Origin: an archaeon
GTDB lineage: Archaea; Nanobdellota; Nanobdellia; Pacearchaeales; GW2011-AR1
Reading direction: 5' to 3'
NCBI GenBank assembly: GCA_024278335.1
Contig: JAJRTJ010000003.1
Coordinates: forward strand, 165,297-229,296
DNA: 64,000 nt
Positions 19,506 through 27,880 of the stretch are shown here, one piece after another. The position numbers and the translations under genes are program-made. Position 1 is the first letter of the stretch, and every line of letters starts with the position of its first letter. The notes below the pieces were generated by a model, which was not told the DNA's origin, searched no databases, and worked only from the letters and a program-made list of their open reading frames with translations.

Positions 19506-19578
19506 AGCCCCATAGTTCAGCGGTCAAGAATGCGAGGTTCTGGACCTCGCGACCCAGGTTCGAATCCTGGTGGGGCTA
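19506..19578 (+). tRNA. tRNA-Gln(CUG)
   Basis: Acceptor AGCCCCA/TGGGGCT (A1:U72, as in archaeal tRNA-Gln), anticodon arm CGAGG TTCTGGA CCTCG, T arm CCAGG TTCGAAT CCTGG, discriminator A. Confidence 0.9.
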
Positions 19579-19617
19579 TCCCAAAACATTTTTATACTTT
19601 GCTGTATGAAATAACTC

Positions 19618-19926
19618 ATGGCATTTGGGGTGATTATGCTGATTATTGCAGTGATTGTTGTTTTTATTTGGGTTAGTGTTGAACTTAAGAGATTGAGACA
19701 TAAACTTTTTGCTATTTTTTTAATTGGATTAATTATTTTAGGGTATTTAAGCACACTTATTGCATTTAAGGGGCAAGAAGTTGATTTGACAACTGTGTCT
19801 GGATTAGTGCGTGCCTCTAAGATTTATTTTGCATTTTTATCTGCAATTTCATCTAATCTTTTAGTTATTACTTCAAATGCAATTCATATGGATTGGACAA
19901 CTCCTCCAACAAATAGCTCTTCATAA
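19618..19926 (+). CDS. Small membrane protein
   Basis: 102 aa with 2-3 hydrophobic helices. The C-terminal AIHMDWT resembles the AVEMNWT of the next ORF. Confidence 0.35.
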   Translation: MAFGVIMLIIAVIVVFIWVSVELKRLRHKLFAIFLIGLIILGYLSTLIAFKGQEVDLTTVSGLVRASKIYFAFLSAISSNLLVITSNAIHMDWTTPPTNSSS

Positions 19927-19927
19927 A

Positions 19928-20131
19928 ATGAGGCTTTTTTGGATAATTTTAATTTTGTTTGCATTGGGATTTTTGTTGATTATTAGCAATAATAATCTTG
20001 CTCTTTATAAAGCAGAAAATTGGGTGGCTTTAAAAGAGCTGTCTTTTTCATGGCTAAACCAGATTTATAAAAATATACAAGTTCTAACTGGCAAGGCAGT
20101 AGAGATGAATTGGACTTTGCGTAATCTTTAA
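19928..20131 (+). CDS. Small membrane protein (paralogue-like of the preceding ORF)
   Basis: ATG at 19928 follows the previous stop (19924-19926) after 1 nt. One TM helix. Confidence 0.3.
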   Translation: MRLFWIILILFALGFLLIISNNNLALYKAENWVALKELSFSWLNQIYKNIQVLTGKAVEMNWTLRNL

Positions 20132-20155
20132 ATAGTGTTTTGTTTTTTAGAAACT

Positions 20156-20404
20156 ATGGTTAAAAAAAGAGGAAGACGAGTTAGTAAAAAAATTGTAACT
20201 ACAAAAAAGGTTGGTTTAGTTGTTAAAAATTTAGTTGTTTTTGCAATTTTATTTGCTGTTTCATTTATACTTTTTAATGCTTCAACAGAAGGTTCTTTAG
20301 CGAAAAATCTATTTTTCTTACTTTTTTTTATATTCGGGGCTCTTGCAGTTGCTCTGGTAATTGTTTATTTGATTCTATTTTTTCTTAAAAAAATGCGAGC
20401 ATGA
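20156..20404 (+). CDS. Small membrane protein with a basic N-terminus
   Basis: MVKKRGRRVSKK followed by two TM helices. Confidence 0.35.
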   Translation: MVKKRGRRVSKKIVTTKKVGLVVKNLVVFAILFAVSFILFNASTEGSLAKNLFFLLFFIFGALAVALVIVYLILFFLKKMRA

Positions 20405-20437
20405 TTTTGGATAAAAGTTTTAATTAAAATTTTTTCG

Positions 20438-20486
20438 CATAAACCACGTTCAAATCTCAAAGATAAAAAGCCACAGCTGAGATTTG
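20438..20486. repeat. Duplicate of the tRNA-Thr 3' end plus trailer
   Basis: cataaaccacgttcaaatctcaaagataaaaagccacagctgagatttg matches 20545-20586 apart from one substitution and a 7-nt insertion. The 18 nt at 20469-20486 copy the last 18 nt of tRNA-Thr. Confidence 0.75.
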
Positions 20487-20568
20487 GGCCTCACTAATAC
20501 TTGAAGCTCAACCTATGTCATTCCAAATCAAAGATTTGAAACAACATAAACTACGTTCAAATCTCAAA

Positions 20569-20642
20569 AGCCACAGCTGAGATTTGAACTCAGGACCTCG
20601 TCATTACCAATGACGCGCTCTAACCAACTGAGCTACTGCGGC
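20569..20642 (-). tRNA. tRNA-Thr(GGU)
   Basis: Minus strand reads GCCGCAG TA GCTC AGTTGGTTAGAGC G CGTCA TTGGTAA TGACG AGGTC CTGAG TTCAAAT CTCAG CTGTGGC T. Confidence 0.9.
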
Positions 20643-20740
20643 TTAAACCCGCTGATTATTATATATGTTTGTTTATATCTTAGTATAAAACTATTTTGCT
20701 TCTTGATTAACTTTATAAAAGGTTTTTGCGAATTTCTATT

Positions 20741-21238
20741 ATGGGAGATGATGAAAAGAGTCCTTTGGAGCAATTAAAGCAAGATTATTTGCCTTTACAA
20801 GAAAAATACTGCCTTCCTTGTTTTGACGAGTTAAACCAGGATTTTCAAATTGAGAAAATTGCAGGGATAGAGACAGATTATCTTATTAGAGAAATTGCAA
20901 AATTAGTTTCTGAGAGATTGTCTGATTTTATGAGATTTATTGAGGGAATTCTTAATCCAGTAAATGGCTCTATTTTGGTTTTTTCTATTTTAAGAGCTCT
21001 GGGCCAGGAAGAAAAAAAAGTTTTGGCAGAAGTCTATAAAACAATTGCAAAGACAGAACTAAAAATGATTCGGCTTGGCTTGGATTTTGATGAAAATAAG
21101 GAAGCAGAATTTATTAAAGAAGCAGTTTCTCTATGGAAAGAAGTTAAGCCAAAAATCTCTAAAATTTTAGATTCAATTGATTCTAATTGGGAAAAAGATT
21201 TTAGAATTAATGGGAGAGATAAATGTTATTTTAATTGA
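20741..21238 (+). CDS. Hypothetical protein
   Basis: ATG at 20741 lies about 25 nt after ctttataaaa. No motif. Confidence 0.4.
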   Translation: MGDDEKSPLEQLKQDYLPLQEKYCLPCFDELNQDFQIEKIAGIETDYLIREIAKLVSERLSDFMRFIEGILNPVNGSILVFSILRALGQEEKKVLAEVYKTIAKTELKMIRLGLDFDENKEAEFIKEAVSLWKEVKPKISKILDSIDSNWEKDFRINGRDKCYFN

Positions 21239-21524
21239 TTGAATTAATTTTCTTTTTTATATCTTCAGGAAGCTCTCCTGTTCTCCAAGAAGGATTTTTT
21301 TCAGTGTAAAAGAATACTTCTTCCTCTGTTTTTAGAAATCCACTAATCCCAAGATAGTTTCCTTCCCTATCATAAACATATTTAAATCCTCTTTTTTCTC
21401 CTTGTGGAAGTTTTTGCAAATACCATGTGTTTGGAACGGGGTCTTTCATTTTTTCTTTTGAAATTGGGGAATGTGCACATCCAATTAAAAACAAGGAAAG
21501 TAAAAGTTTGGAAATTTTTTTCAT
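21231..21524 (-). CDS. Small lipoprotein-like secreted protein
   Basis: Signal peptide ending in the lipobox-like LIGC. ATGA start/stop overlap with pheT. Confidence 0.4.
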   Translation of the reverse strand: MKKISKLLLSLFLIGCAHSPISKEKMKDPVPNTWYLQKLPQGEKRGFKYVYDREGNYLGISGFLKTEEEVFFYTEKNPSWRTGELPEDIKKKINSIN

Positions 21525-23167
21525 TTAAATATTTCCTCTAAATTTATTTCCAAAATAGCAACAGGCATTTTAATTCTCCAATTTTTAAGAATTTTAGGAT
21601 GAACTTCTCCAATTGTTCCAATTACCTTGTTGTTTATTAAAATATCTCCGGTTCTTCCGTCAATTAGGTGTGCTGGGATTTCTGTGCTTTCTTTTATTTT
21701 AATTTCTTTGTCTAACATTTTTGCAAGATATTCTAAAATTTGCTTTAATTCCGTAAAATTCCCTGGAGTTATTGCAATTGCAAGATTGTCCTGCTCTTTA
21801 ATTTCTCCCGAATTTTCAAAAAATGCAACTCTTCCTATTTCAAAAATGTGCTGCGGATATTCTGAATCAACATTTTCTGAAAAATTTTTGAGAAGGTAGT
21901 GGGAGAGATTTGACCGAATAATGTTATATTCTGTTTTTGATTCTTCAACTTCAATAAATCCTTGTGCCTGCTTTTCTTGAATTCCCATTTTTTTAAACAA
22001 ATCTTTTTTTGTTGTTAAGTGGTAATTAGATACTTCTAAAATTTTCAATCCTGTTAAGATGTCAGATATTTTTTTCTTTGTTGTTTCTTTTGGGTTTTCT
22101 TCTCCAATTGTTGAAATTTTTGGAATTTCTGGAATAAAGTTTTCATATCCATATGCAATTGCAACATCTTCAATTAAATCCACTTCATGCAAGAGGTCTG
22201 TTCTCCATGCAGGGCTTTCTACTTCTCCTTGTCCAAGATAATTATGCCCCATTTTTTCAAGATTTTCTTTTAATTGTTTTTCAGTTAATTTTAATCCAAG
22301 TAATTTATTTGTGTTTTTTAATGAAATTTTGTTTTTTTGAGGCTCTAAATCTGGAGTTATTTCTACTCCTTTTGGATGTTTGACTTTTATTTGATAAACT
22401 TTCCCTCCCATATCTGCAAGCGTTGTTATTATAATGTTTAGACATTGTTTCAAAATCTCAAGATTAAATCCTGAGCATTCAATAAAGATTTCTCTTGTTT
22501 TTTCCGTGATTCTCCCAGTCATTTCTGAATTTATTATTGGTGGAAGGCTTAGAATTTGATTTTTTGAATCTATAAATATTGGAAATTTTGATTTGCCTGC
22601 AAGAAGATGAGAGTATTCTCTTCCAGTTGGATGCCTTTGAAGTATTTCTAAGCCCGACATCTCTCTTGGCGACTCTAAAGGCTGGAATTTTATTTTATCT
22701 GGCTCAAGGGCCTTGAAAGTTATTGGAAGAGTTATTTTTTCAAGAGGATAAATTCCTATTGCTAATTTTTTTCTTTTTCTTCCAATTGTATTGTGAAGTT
22801 TTTCTTGAATATCAATAATCTCTTTAATTTTTTCTTTATTGAATTTTATTTTTTTAACAATTGCACATACCGTGTAAGGTCTTACTTCTTGAACCGACTT
22901 TTCAATTTTGACTAAATAACTTTTTTCTGGCTTGTTTATATTGTATTTTTTAAGCCCCTTCTTTTTTCCTAAAAAGGCAAGAAAACTTCTTTTAAATCCT
23001 TGATATGAAAGCAAATCCGGCCTGTTTGGAAAAATTTCTAATTCAATTTCTTCATCATCAAATCCTTCAAGAGTTGTCCCAAATAAAGCGATTTTTTGCT
23101 GCATTTCTTGGTCAAGTTTTCCTATTTCTTTTTCAAAAAGTTTTTTTGAAATTTTTATGTTTGCCAT
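21521..23167 (-). CDS. pheT: Phenylalanine--tRNA ligase beta subunit (archaeal type)
   Basis: 548 aa with the B3/4 and B5 domain pattern (FPNRPDLLSYQGF, WRTDLLHEVDLIEDVAIAYGY). Adjacent to pheS. Confidence 0.9.
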   Translation of the reverse strand: MANIKISKKLFEKEIGKLDQEMQQKIALFGTTLEGFDDEEIELEIFPNRPDLLSYQGFKRSFLAFLGKKKGLKKYNINKPEKSYLVKIEKSVQEVRPYTVCAIVKKIKFNKEKIKEIIDIQEKLHNTIGRKRKKLAIGIYPLEKITLPITFKALEPDKIKFQPLESPREMSGLEILQRHPTGREYSHLLAGKSKFPIFIDSKNQILSLPPIINSEMTGRITEKTREIFIECSGFNLEILKQCLNIIITTLADMGGKVYQIKVKHPKGVEITPDLEPQKNKISLKNTNKLLGLKLTEKQLKENLEKMGHNYLGQGEVESPAWRTDLLHEVDLIEDVAIAYGYENFIPEIPKISTIGEENPKETTKKKISDILTGLKILEVSNYHLTTKKDLFKKMGIQEKQAQGFIEVEESKTEYNIIRSNLSHYLLKNFSENVDSEYPQHIFEIGRVAFFENSGEIKEQDNLAIAITPGNFTELKQILEYLAKMLDKEIKIKESTEIPAHLIDGRTGDILINNKVIGTIGEVHPKILKNWRIKMPVAILEINLEEIFK

Positions 23168-23273
23168 GTTAAAACAACCTAAGCGGTTTTTTTATATTTT
23201 CCCTTCTTGTTCCTGCGAAGCGATGTTTTTCTATGCCTCTTTCGACATCGCGAAAAACGATCTAAGCGATTTT

Positions 23274-24791
23274 TTATTTTTCCCAAAATTTTATTTTTCT
23301 TAATTGAGTGATGTTGTTGCTATAAAGTTCTCTGATGTCTTTTATATTGTAAATCTTCATAAGCATTCTATCAAAGCCAGGTCCCCAAGCTAAAACAGGA
23401 ATTGCTTTTCCTAAAAGAGGTTTTGTGACTTCTGGTCTGAATATTCCTGCTGCAATAAGCTCCACCCATTCTTTTCTCTTAGGGTCCCAAACATCTCCTT
23501 CAAGAGAGGGCTCTGTATATGGAAAATAAGCAGGCCTGAATCTTATTTTTTCAAATCCTATTTTTTTTGCGAATTGCTTTAAATATCCTAAAAGATTTCT
23601 GAAATTCGCATCAGGGTCTATTACAATTCCTTCTGTTTGATTAAATTCAAATCCATGCGACCAGTCAATTGTTTCATTTCTAAAACATTTTCCAACTCCA
23701 AAGAATTTTGCAGGCAAGTCTTCTCGCTTTAATTTAGAAAGTGTTTGAGAGGATAAACAAGTTGTATGCGTCCTTAATAATGCTCTTTTGGCTTCTTCTT
23801 CCTTCCAATTATACTGCCATCCTTTGCCGTTTTCAACACCCTGTTCATGGGCTTTTTTTACTTGTTCAATTAATTCTTTATTTTCTGGGAGGTTTATTTT
23901 TTTGTCTATAAAAAAAGTGTCTTGCATTTCTCTTACTGGATGGTCTTGTGCAGTAAATAGGGCATCAAAATTCCAGAATGAACTTTGAATTATGTTTCCG
24001 GACATTTCTTTAAATCCCATTTCTGTCCATATTTTTCTTGCATAATCTGTAGCTTGATTAACGAAGTGCCTTTTTCCTCCGAAAATTTCTGGAACCGGAG
24101 ATTCAATATCATATCTTCTGAATTTTTTCCCCTTCCAGTTTTTTTCTGATTTAAGAACTTCAGGAGTTATTGCTTCAATTAATTCTCCTGCCTTAATTCT
24201 TGAATTCATTAATTTTCTTCCTAATTCAGTTATTTTTAATTCAATTTTCTTTTTTTCAGTTAATTCTATTATATTTTTTCTTTTTTTTAATGACTCAAAT
24301 GCAAAGTTTTGTTCAGGAGTAAGCTTGTCTTGTTCTAATTGAAGCGCTTCAATAAACTGCTCTTCTAAGGATTTTTTTGAAATTTCTTCTTGCTTGGCAT
24401 TTAAATAAATTTTTCCAGATTTTAATTCAATCATTGCTTTGTTTTTTAATGCTCCAATTGAGGCTTTAAATTCATCTGGAGAAAGTTTTGACTGCTTTTG
24501 GGCTTCTTGCAAGGGAATAATCCTTTTTTCAGCAAGCAAATTTAAAAGCCTCCTCTCAGGAAGGCCTTTTTTCTTGTAAAGAGCTCCGTTTATTCCAAGC
24601 TCAATTATCTTTGTTTCAGTTTGAGAAAGCTCTATTATTTTTTTGTTTTTTAAATATTCTAATGCTCTTAAAGTTGAAACCTTGTCAAGATTTGCTCTTT
24701 TTGATATTTCTGTTATGTTTCTTGTTTCTAAATGAGGCAGAATTTTTCTTTCGTTGGGGCTTAGGCTTTCAGCAAGTTTGTTTAAATCCAT
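23274..24791 (-). CDS. pheS: Phenylalanine--tRNA ligase alpha subunit (archaeal type)
   Basis: Class II motifs HPVREMQDTFF, FRNETIDWSHGFEFNQTEG and FRPAYFPYTEPS. Confidence 0.92.
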   Translation of the reverse strand: MDLNKLAESLSPNERKILPHLETRNITEISKRANLDKVSTLRALEYLKNKKIIELSQTETKIIELGINGALYKKKGLPERRLLNLLAEKRIIPLQEAQKQSKLSPDEFKASIGALKNKAMIELKSGKIYLNAKQEEISKKSLEEQFIEALQLEQDKLTPEQNFAFESLKKRKNIIELTEKKKIELKITELGRKLMNSRIKAGELIEAITPEVLKSEKNWKGKKFRRYDIESPVPEIFGGKRHFVNQATDYARKIWTEMGFKEMSGNIIQSSFWNFDALFTAQDHPVREMQDTFFIDKKINLPENKELIEQVKKAHEQGVENGKGWQYNWKEEEAKRALLRTHTTCLSSQTLSKLKREDLPAKFFGVGKCFRNETIDWSHGFEFNQTEGIVIDPDANFRNLLGYLKQFAKKIGFEKIRFRPAYFPYTEPSLEGDVWDPKRKEWVELIAAGIFRPEVTKPLLGKAIPVLAWGPGFDRMLMKIYNIKDIRELYSNNITQLRKIKFWEK

Positions 24792-24824
24792 TTTATTTTA
24801 TTGGAAATCTGAGTTAAAAAATGT

Positions 24825-25289
24825 TTAGTTAATTGGCTTAAACATCCAAGTAGGCATGCCAAGAAATTCTCCGAGTGCTTTTAGATCTCTTTTGTCTTTC
24901 TTATTTTTTTTAGAAGGAGAGATAAAAGTCATTTTTATTTTATTTTTATTGCATAGCTTAATGTTTTGCTTTGTTCTTGCAATTATTCTTGCTCTCAGAA
25001 TTGAGCCTGATTCAATAATTTCATCAAGATTTATTCCAATAATTATTTTATTTTTTTTTGCAAGCTTTGCCATTATTTGATTAAATCCAGAATTTCTTTG
25101 TTTTGAATAGTCTTTTCTAAAAGCTTGATTTATTAGAAGGATATTTATTGGGAGTTTTTCCAATACTTTTCTATTTAATTCATCATTGTCTGAGGTAAAG
25201 ATAATTGTTTTTTCTGAATTTTTTCTGATTAATTCCTTTAATCTGCTAAAGTTTGTTTCTGCTAAGATTAATGTTTCTTTATTCTTCAT
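24825..25289 (-). CDS. Possible short RNase P protein component 3 (Rpp30-like)
   Basis: C-terminal pattern IGINLDEII...RARIIARTKQNIKLCNKNKIKMTFIS...RDLKALGEFLGM resembles Rpp30. The protein is only 154 aa. Confidence 0.35.
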   Translation of the reverse strand: MKNKETLILAETNFSRLKELIRKNSEKTIIFTSDNDELNRKVLEKLPINILLINQAFRKDYSKQRNSGFNQIMAKLAKKNKIIIGINLDEIIESGSILRARIIARTKQNIKLCNKNKIKMTFISPSKKNKKDKRDLKALGEFLGMPTWMFKPIN

Positions 25290-25330
25290 AGGAGAATAAA
25301 CTTTTTAAGTGTTATAAATTTTTGTTTTTA

Positions 25331-25816
25331 ATGCCAAATCGAAGAGATGCATGTATTGCTGCCCGTATGGATCTTGGAAGATCTGACTCTAGTAGTTGGA
25401 GAAGCAGGGATTGTGAAAGATGGAGCAATGATGAGGCTTGTTTTGCTCCTTATGATGTAACTAATTTTATGCATAAAGTTTCTTTTGGAGAAGAGTTAGA
25501 AAACAGCGCTTTTGGTTTAGAAGAGGTTCTTAATCTTTTAGTAAACAATCCTGATTTCTTTTCTATTACTTGTGTGAGGATTAGTGGAGAAGAAGTTCCT
25601 GTGGGAGGAATTAAAGAGGGTTTTATTTATTATGACGAAAGCAAAAGGAGATTCTTGTGCCTTGTTTATGAGGATGGTTCAGCAGAAATTTATAATACTA
25701 CAAGAACTTGGAGGGGCTATTCAGTGGATTTTAATTCTGAAAGAAAAACTCCCAGAGAGGTAAAAGAGTTTTTATCTAAGTTAGGGGAAGAATTTGTAGA
25801 AATTGAATTAGATTAG
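25331..25816 (+). CDS. Hypothetical protein
   Basis: ORF only. The start is uncertain. Confidence 0.3.
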   Translation: MPNRRDACIAARMDLGRSDSSSWRSRDCERWSNDEACFAPYDVTNFMHKVSFGEELENSAFGLEEVLNLLVNNPDFFSITCVRISGEEVPVGGIKEGFIYYDESKRRFLCLVYEDGSAEIYNTTRTWRGYSVDFNSERKTPREVKEFLSKLGEEFVEIELD

Positions 25817-26502
25817 TTTTGAATAATTGTTCCTTTAAATGATTTGTTCTTTAGAAGCTTGTCTAAGTTAGTTAGGGTTGGTCCAAGAATGTAAGTAGGA
25901 ATTTTGTTTTTTAGGATTATTTCTGCAGCAGTCTGGTCTAATACGAAATGTTGTCCTGGTTTGAATTTTAACTTATTTGCTTTTTTATAAAAATCTTTCC
26001 AAGTTATTTTGGAAATGAATTTTGCATTTTTTGAAGTTTTTGGATTTTTATCATAAAGCCCGTCTATATTTGTAAGATTGATGAACTTTGCTTTGAATTT
26101 TTTTGCTATTGTTGCTGCTGTTGAATCAGATGTTTGTTGAGATTTATATTCAAGTGCTCCGCAAAATACAATGTCTTGTTTTTTTAGGTATTGCTCTACC
26201 TCTTTCATTGTGTGAGGTATTCCTTTTTGAGGATTTTGATTAAAGAAATAAGATACATATCTTGCATTCATTCTTGTTGCAGAGATTCCAGCAAAGTTTT
26301 GAAGGAGAGTAGAAGATTGAATGTTTTGTAAAGCAGAGATATATGTTCTTGCAATACTTCCTCCTCCACAAACTATAATGAATTTGTATTTTTTTGAATT
26401 TGCTTTTATTATTTTCCTGAATTTTTTAAGATAAGCAATATTAATCTTGTCTGGGACAATCATGCTCCCTCCAAGACTAATTACAATCACCTGTTTTTTC
26501 AT
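25813..26502 (-). CDS. pyrH: Uridylate (UMP) kinase, archaeal type
   Basis: Amino-acid-kinase fold motifs VISLGGSMIVP and VCGGGSIAR. Confidence 0.85.
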   Translation of the reverse strand: MKKQVIVISLGGSMIVPDKINIAYLKKFRKIIKANSKKYKFIIVCGGGSIARTYISALQNIQSSTLLQNFAGISATRMNARYVSYFFNQNPQKGIPHTMKEVEQYLKKQDIVFCGALEYKSQQTSDSTAATIAKKFKAKFINLTNIDGLYDKNPKTSKNAKFISKITWKDFYKKANKLKFKPGQHFVLDQTAAEIILKNKIPTYILGPTLTNLDKLLKNKSFKGTIIQN

Positions 26503-26539
26503 ATTTTAATAAGGAGAGAGGTATTTTTAAGGCTTAGGA

Positions 26540-26818
26540 TTATTTTACAGTAAATAATTTGTTGTCTTTTACTTTAAAAATATCTAACCGAACTCCGGAA
26601 TCAAGCCAGCCATGTGCATAGTTTAGTGCTGCGAAAGCATTTACAAAATCCTGCTTTTTTTTAAAATACTTTGCATCAGAAAGGTAGTTTTCCACCATTT
26701 CAATTATTTCTTTTGCATAGTTTTCTTTTCCTTTAATTATATTTTTTTTAACTTGCTTTAATGCCTTTGATGTTAAATTAAAATATTTGCTTAATTTTTG
26801 TTTTGTTATAGTTTTCAT
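26540..26818 (-). CDS. Small helical protein, DUF357-like
   Basis: 92 aa with the C-terminal motif LNYAHGWLDSGVRL. Confidence 0.35.
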   Translation of the reverse strand: MKTITKQKLSKYFNLTSKALKQVKKNIIKGKENYAKEIIEMVENYLSDAKYFKKKQDFVNAFAALNYAHGWLDSGVRLDIFKVKDNKLFTVK

Positions 26819-27543
26819 TGGACAATAAAATTATTAAACTATTTAAGTCATTCTATGATATGAAAAGAGGAAGGCCAGAAGTTAGTGTTGTTGTTCCTTG
26901 CTTAAATGAAGAGCAGGGAGTTGGCTTTTGCATTGATAGAATTAAAGAAGTTGTAGAAAGAAATAGAATTAATGCAGAAATAATTGTTGTAGATAATGGC
27001 TCTATTGATAAAAGCAGGGAAGTTATTTTAAAAAAAGGAGTTAAGCTTGTTGTAGAGCCGAAAAAAGGATATGGAAGTGCTTATCTTTCTGGATTTAAAA
27101 TTGCACGCGGGGAGTTTATAATTATGGGAGACAGTGATGGAAGTTATGATTTTTATGAAATCCCGAGATTTGTTTTTGAATTAAAAAAAGGATATGATTT
27201 TGTTATTGGAAATAGATTTAATAAAAAAATGAAAAAAGGAGCTATGCCTTTTTTGCACAAATATGTTGGTAATCCTATTTTAAGAATTTTACTTTGGATA
27301 AGGGGATTTAAGCAAAAAGAGGTTTGCACTGGTTTTGTTGGGATAAAAAAGCAAGAGCTTGATAAAATGAATTTAAAAAAAACTGGAATGGAATTTTCTT
27401 CTGAGATTTTAGTTAAAGCAGCGAAAAGAAAATTAAAAATCAAAGAAATTGACATTGTTTATGGAAATCGTTTTGGAAAATCAAAACTTAGAACTTTTAG
27501 AGACGGCTGGAGGCATTTTAGATATTTAGTTTTTGGTGAGTGA
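26818..27543 (+). CDS. Family 2 glycosyltransferase (dolichyl-phosphate sugar synthase-like)
   Basis: VSVVVPCLNEE, VVDNGSIDKS and MGDSDGSYD (DxD). Confidence 0.8.
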   Translation: MDNKIIKLFKSFYDMKRGRPEVSVVVPCLNEEQGVGFCIDRIKEVVERNRINAEIIVVDNGSIDKSREVILKKGVKLVVEPKKGYGSAYLSGFKIARGEFIIMGDSDGSYDFYEIPRFVFELKKGYDFVIGNRFNKKMKKGAMPFLHKYVGNPILRILLWIRGFKQKEVCTGFVGIKKQELDKMNLKKTGMEFSSEILVKAAKRKLKIKEIDIVYGNRFGKSKLRTFRDGWRHFRYLVFGE

Positions 27544-27583
27544 AATTAGAAAATTTATTAAACTTAGAAATTATTACTATGTT

Positions 27584-27826
27584 ATGGGTGAGGATAATTA
27601 TCAAGGGCTTCAAAAATCTACAAAACCCAAATATATTCCTTTAAGAGTGTTAATGGAAGGGGCAACTCCAACAACATTTGCAGAGGATGTTAGAAGAGAA
27701 TTAGATTGGGATGAAGAGAGAAGAGGGCCGGTTGATCCAGAGCTCTCGAGAAGATTACAAGACTGGAGTTTTTTAAATCAGCTTGTGGTTGGAGCAGAAG
27801 GCCCTGAGGACAGGCAATCTTTCTAA
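27584..27826 (+). CDS. Hypothetical acidic protein
   Basis: ORF only. I chose the internal ATG at 27584. Confidence 0.25.
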   Translation: MGEDNYQGLQKSTKPKYIPLRVLMEGATPTTFAEDVRRELDWDEERRGPVDPELSRRLQDWSFLNQLVVGAEGPEDRQSF

Positions 27827-27880
27827 AAAATAAGTTCTTTAGGATAGCAACCTTTAAATTCTCTTTATCTTGATAAACTT

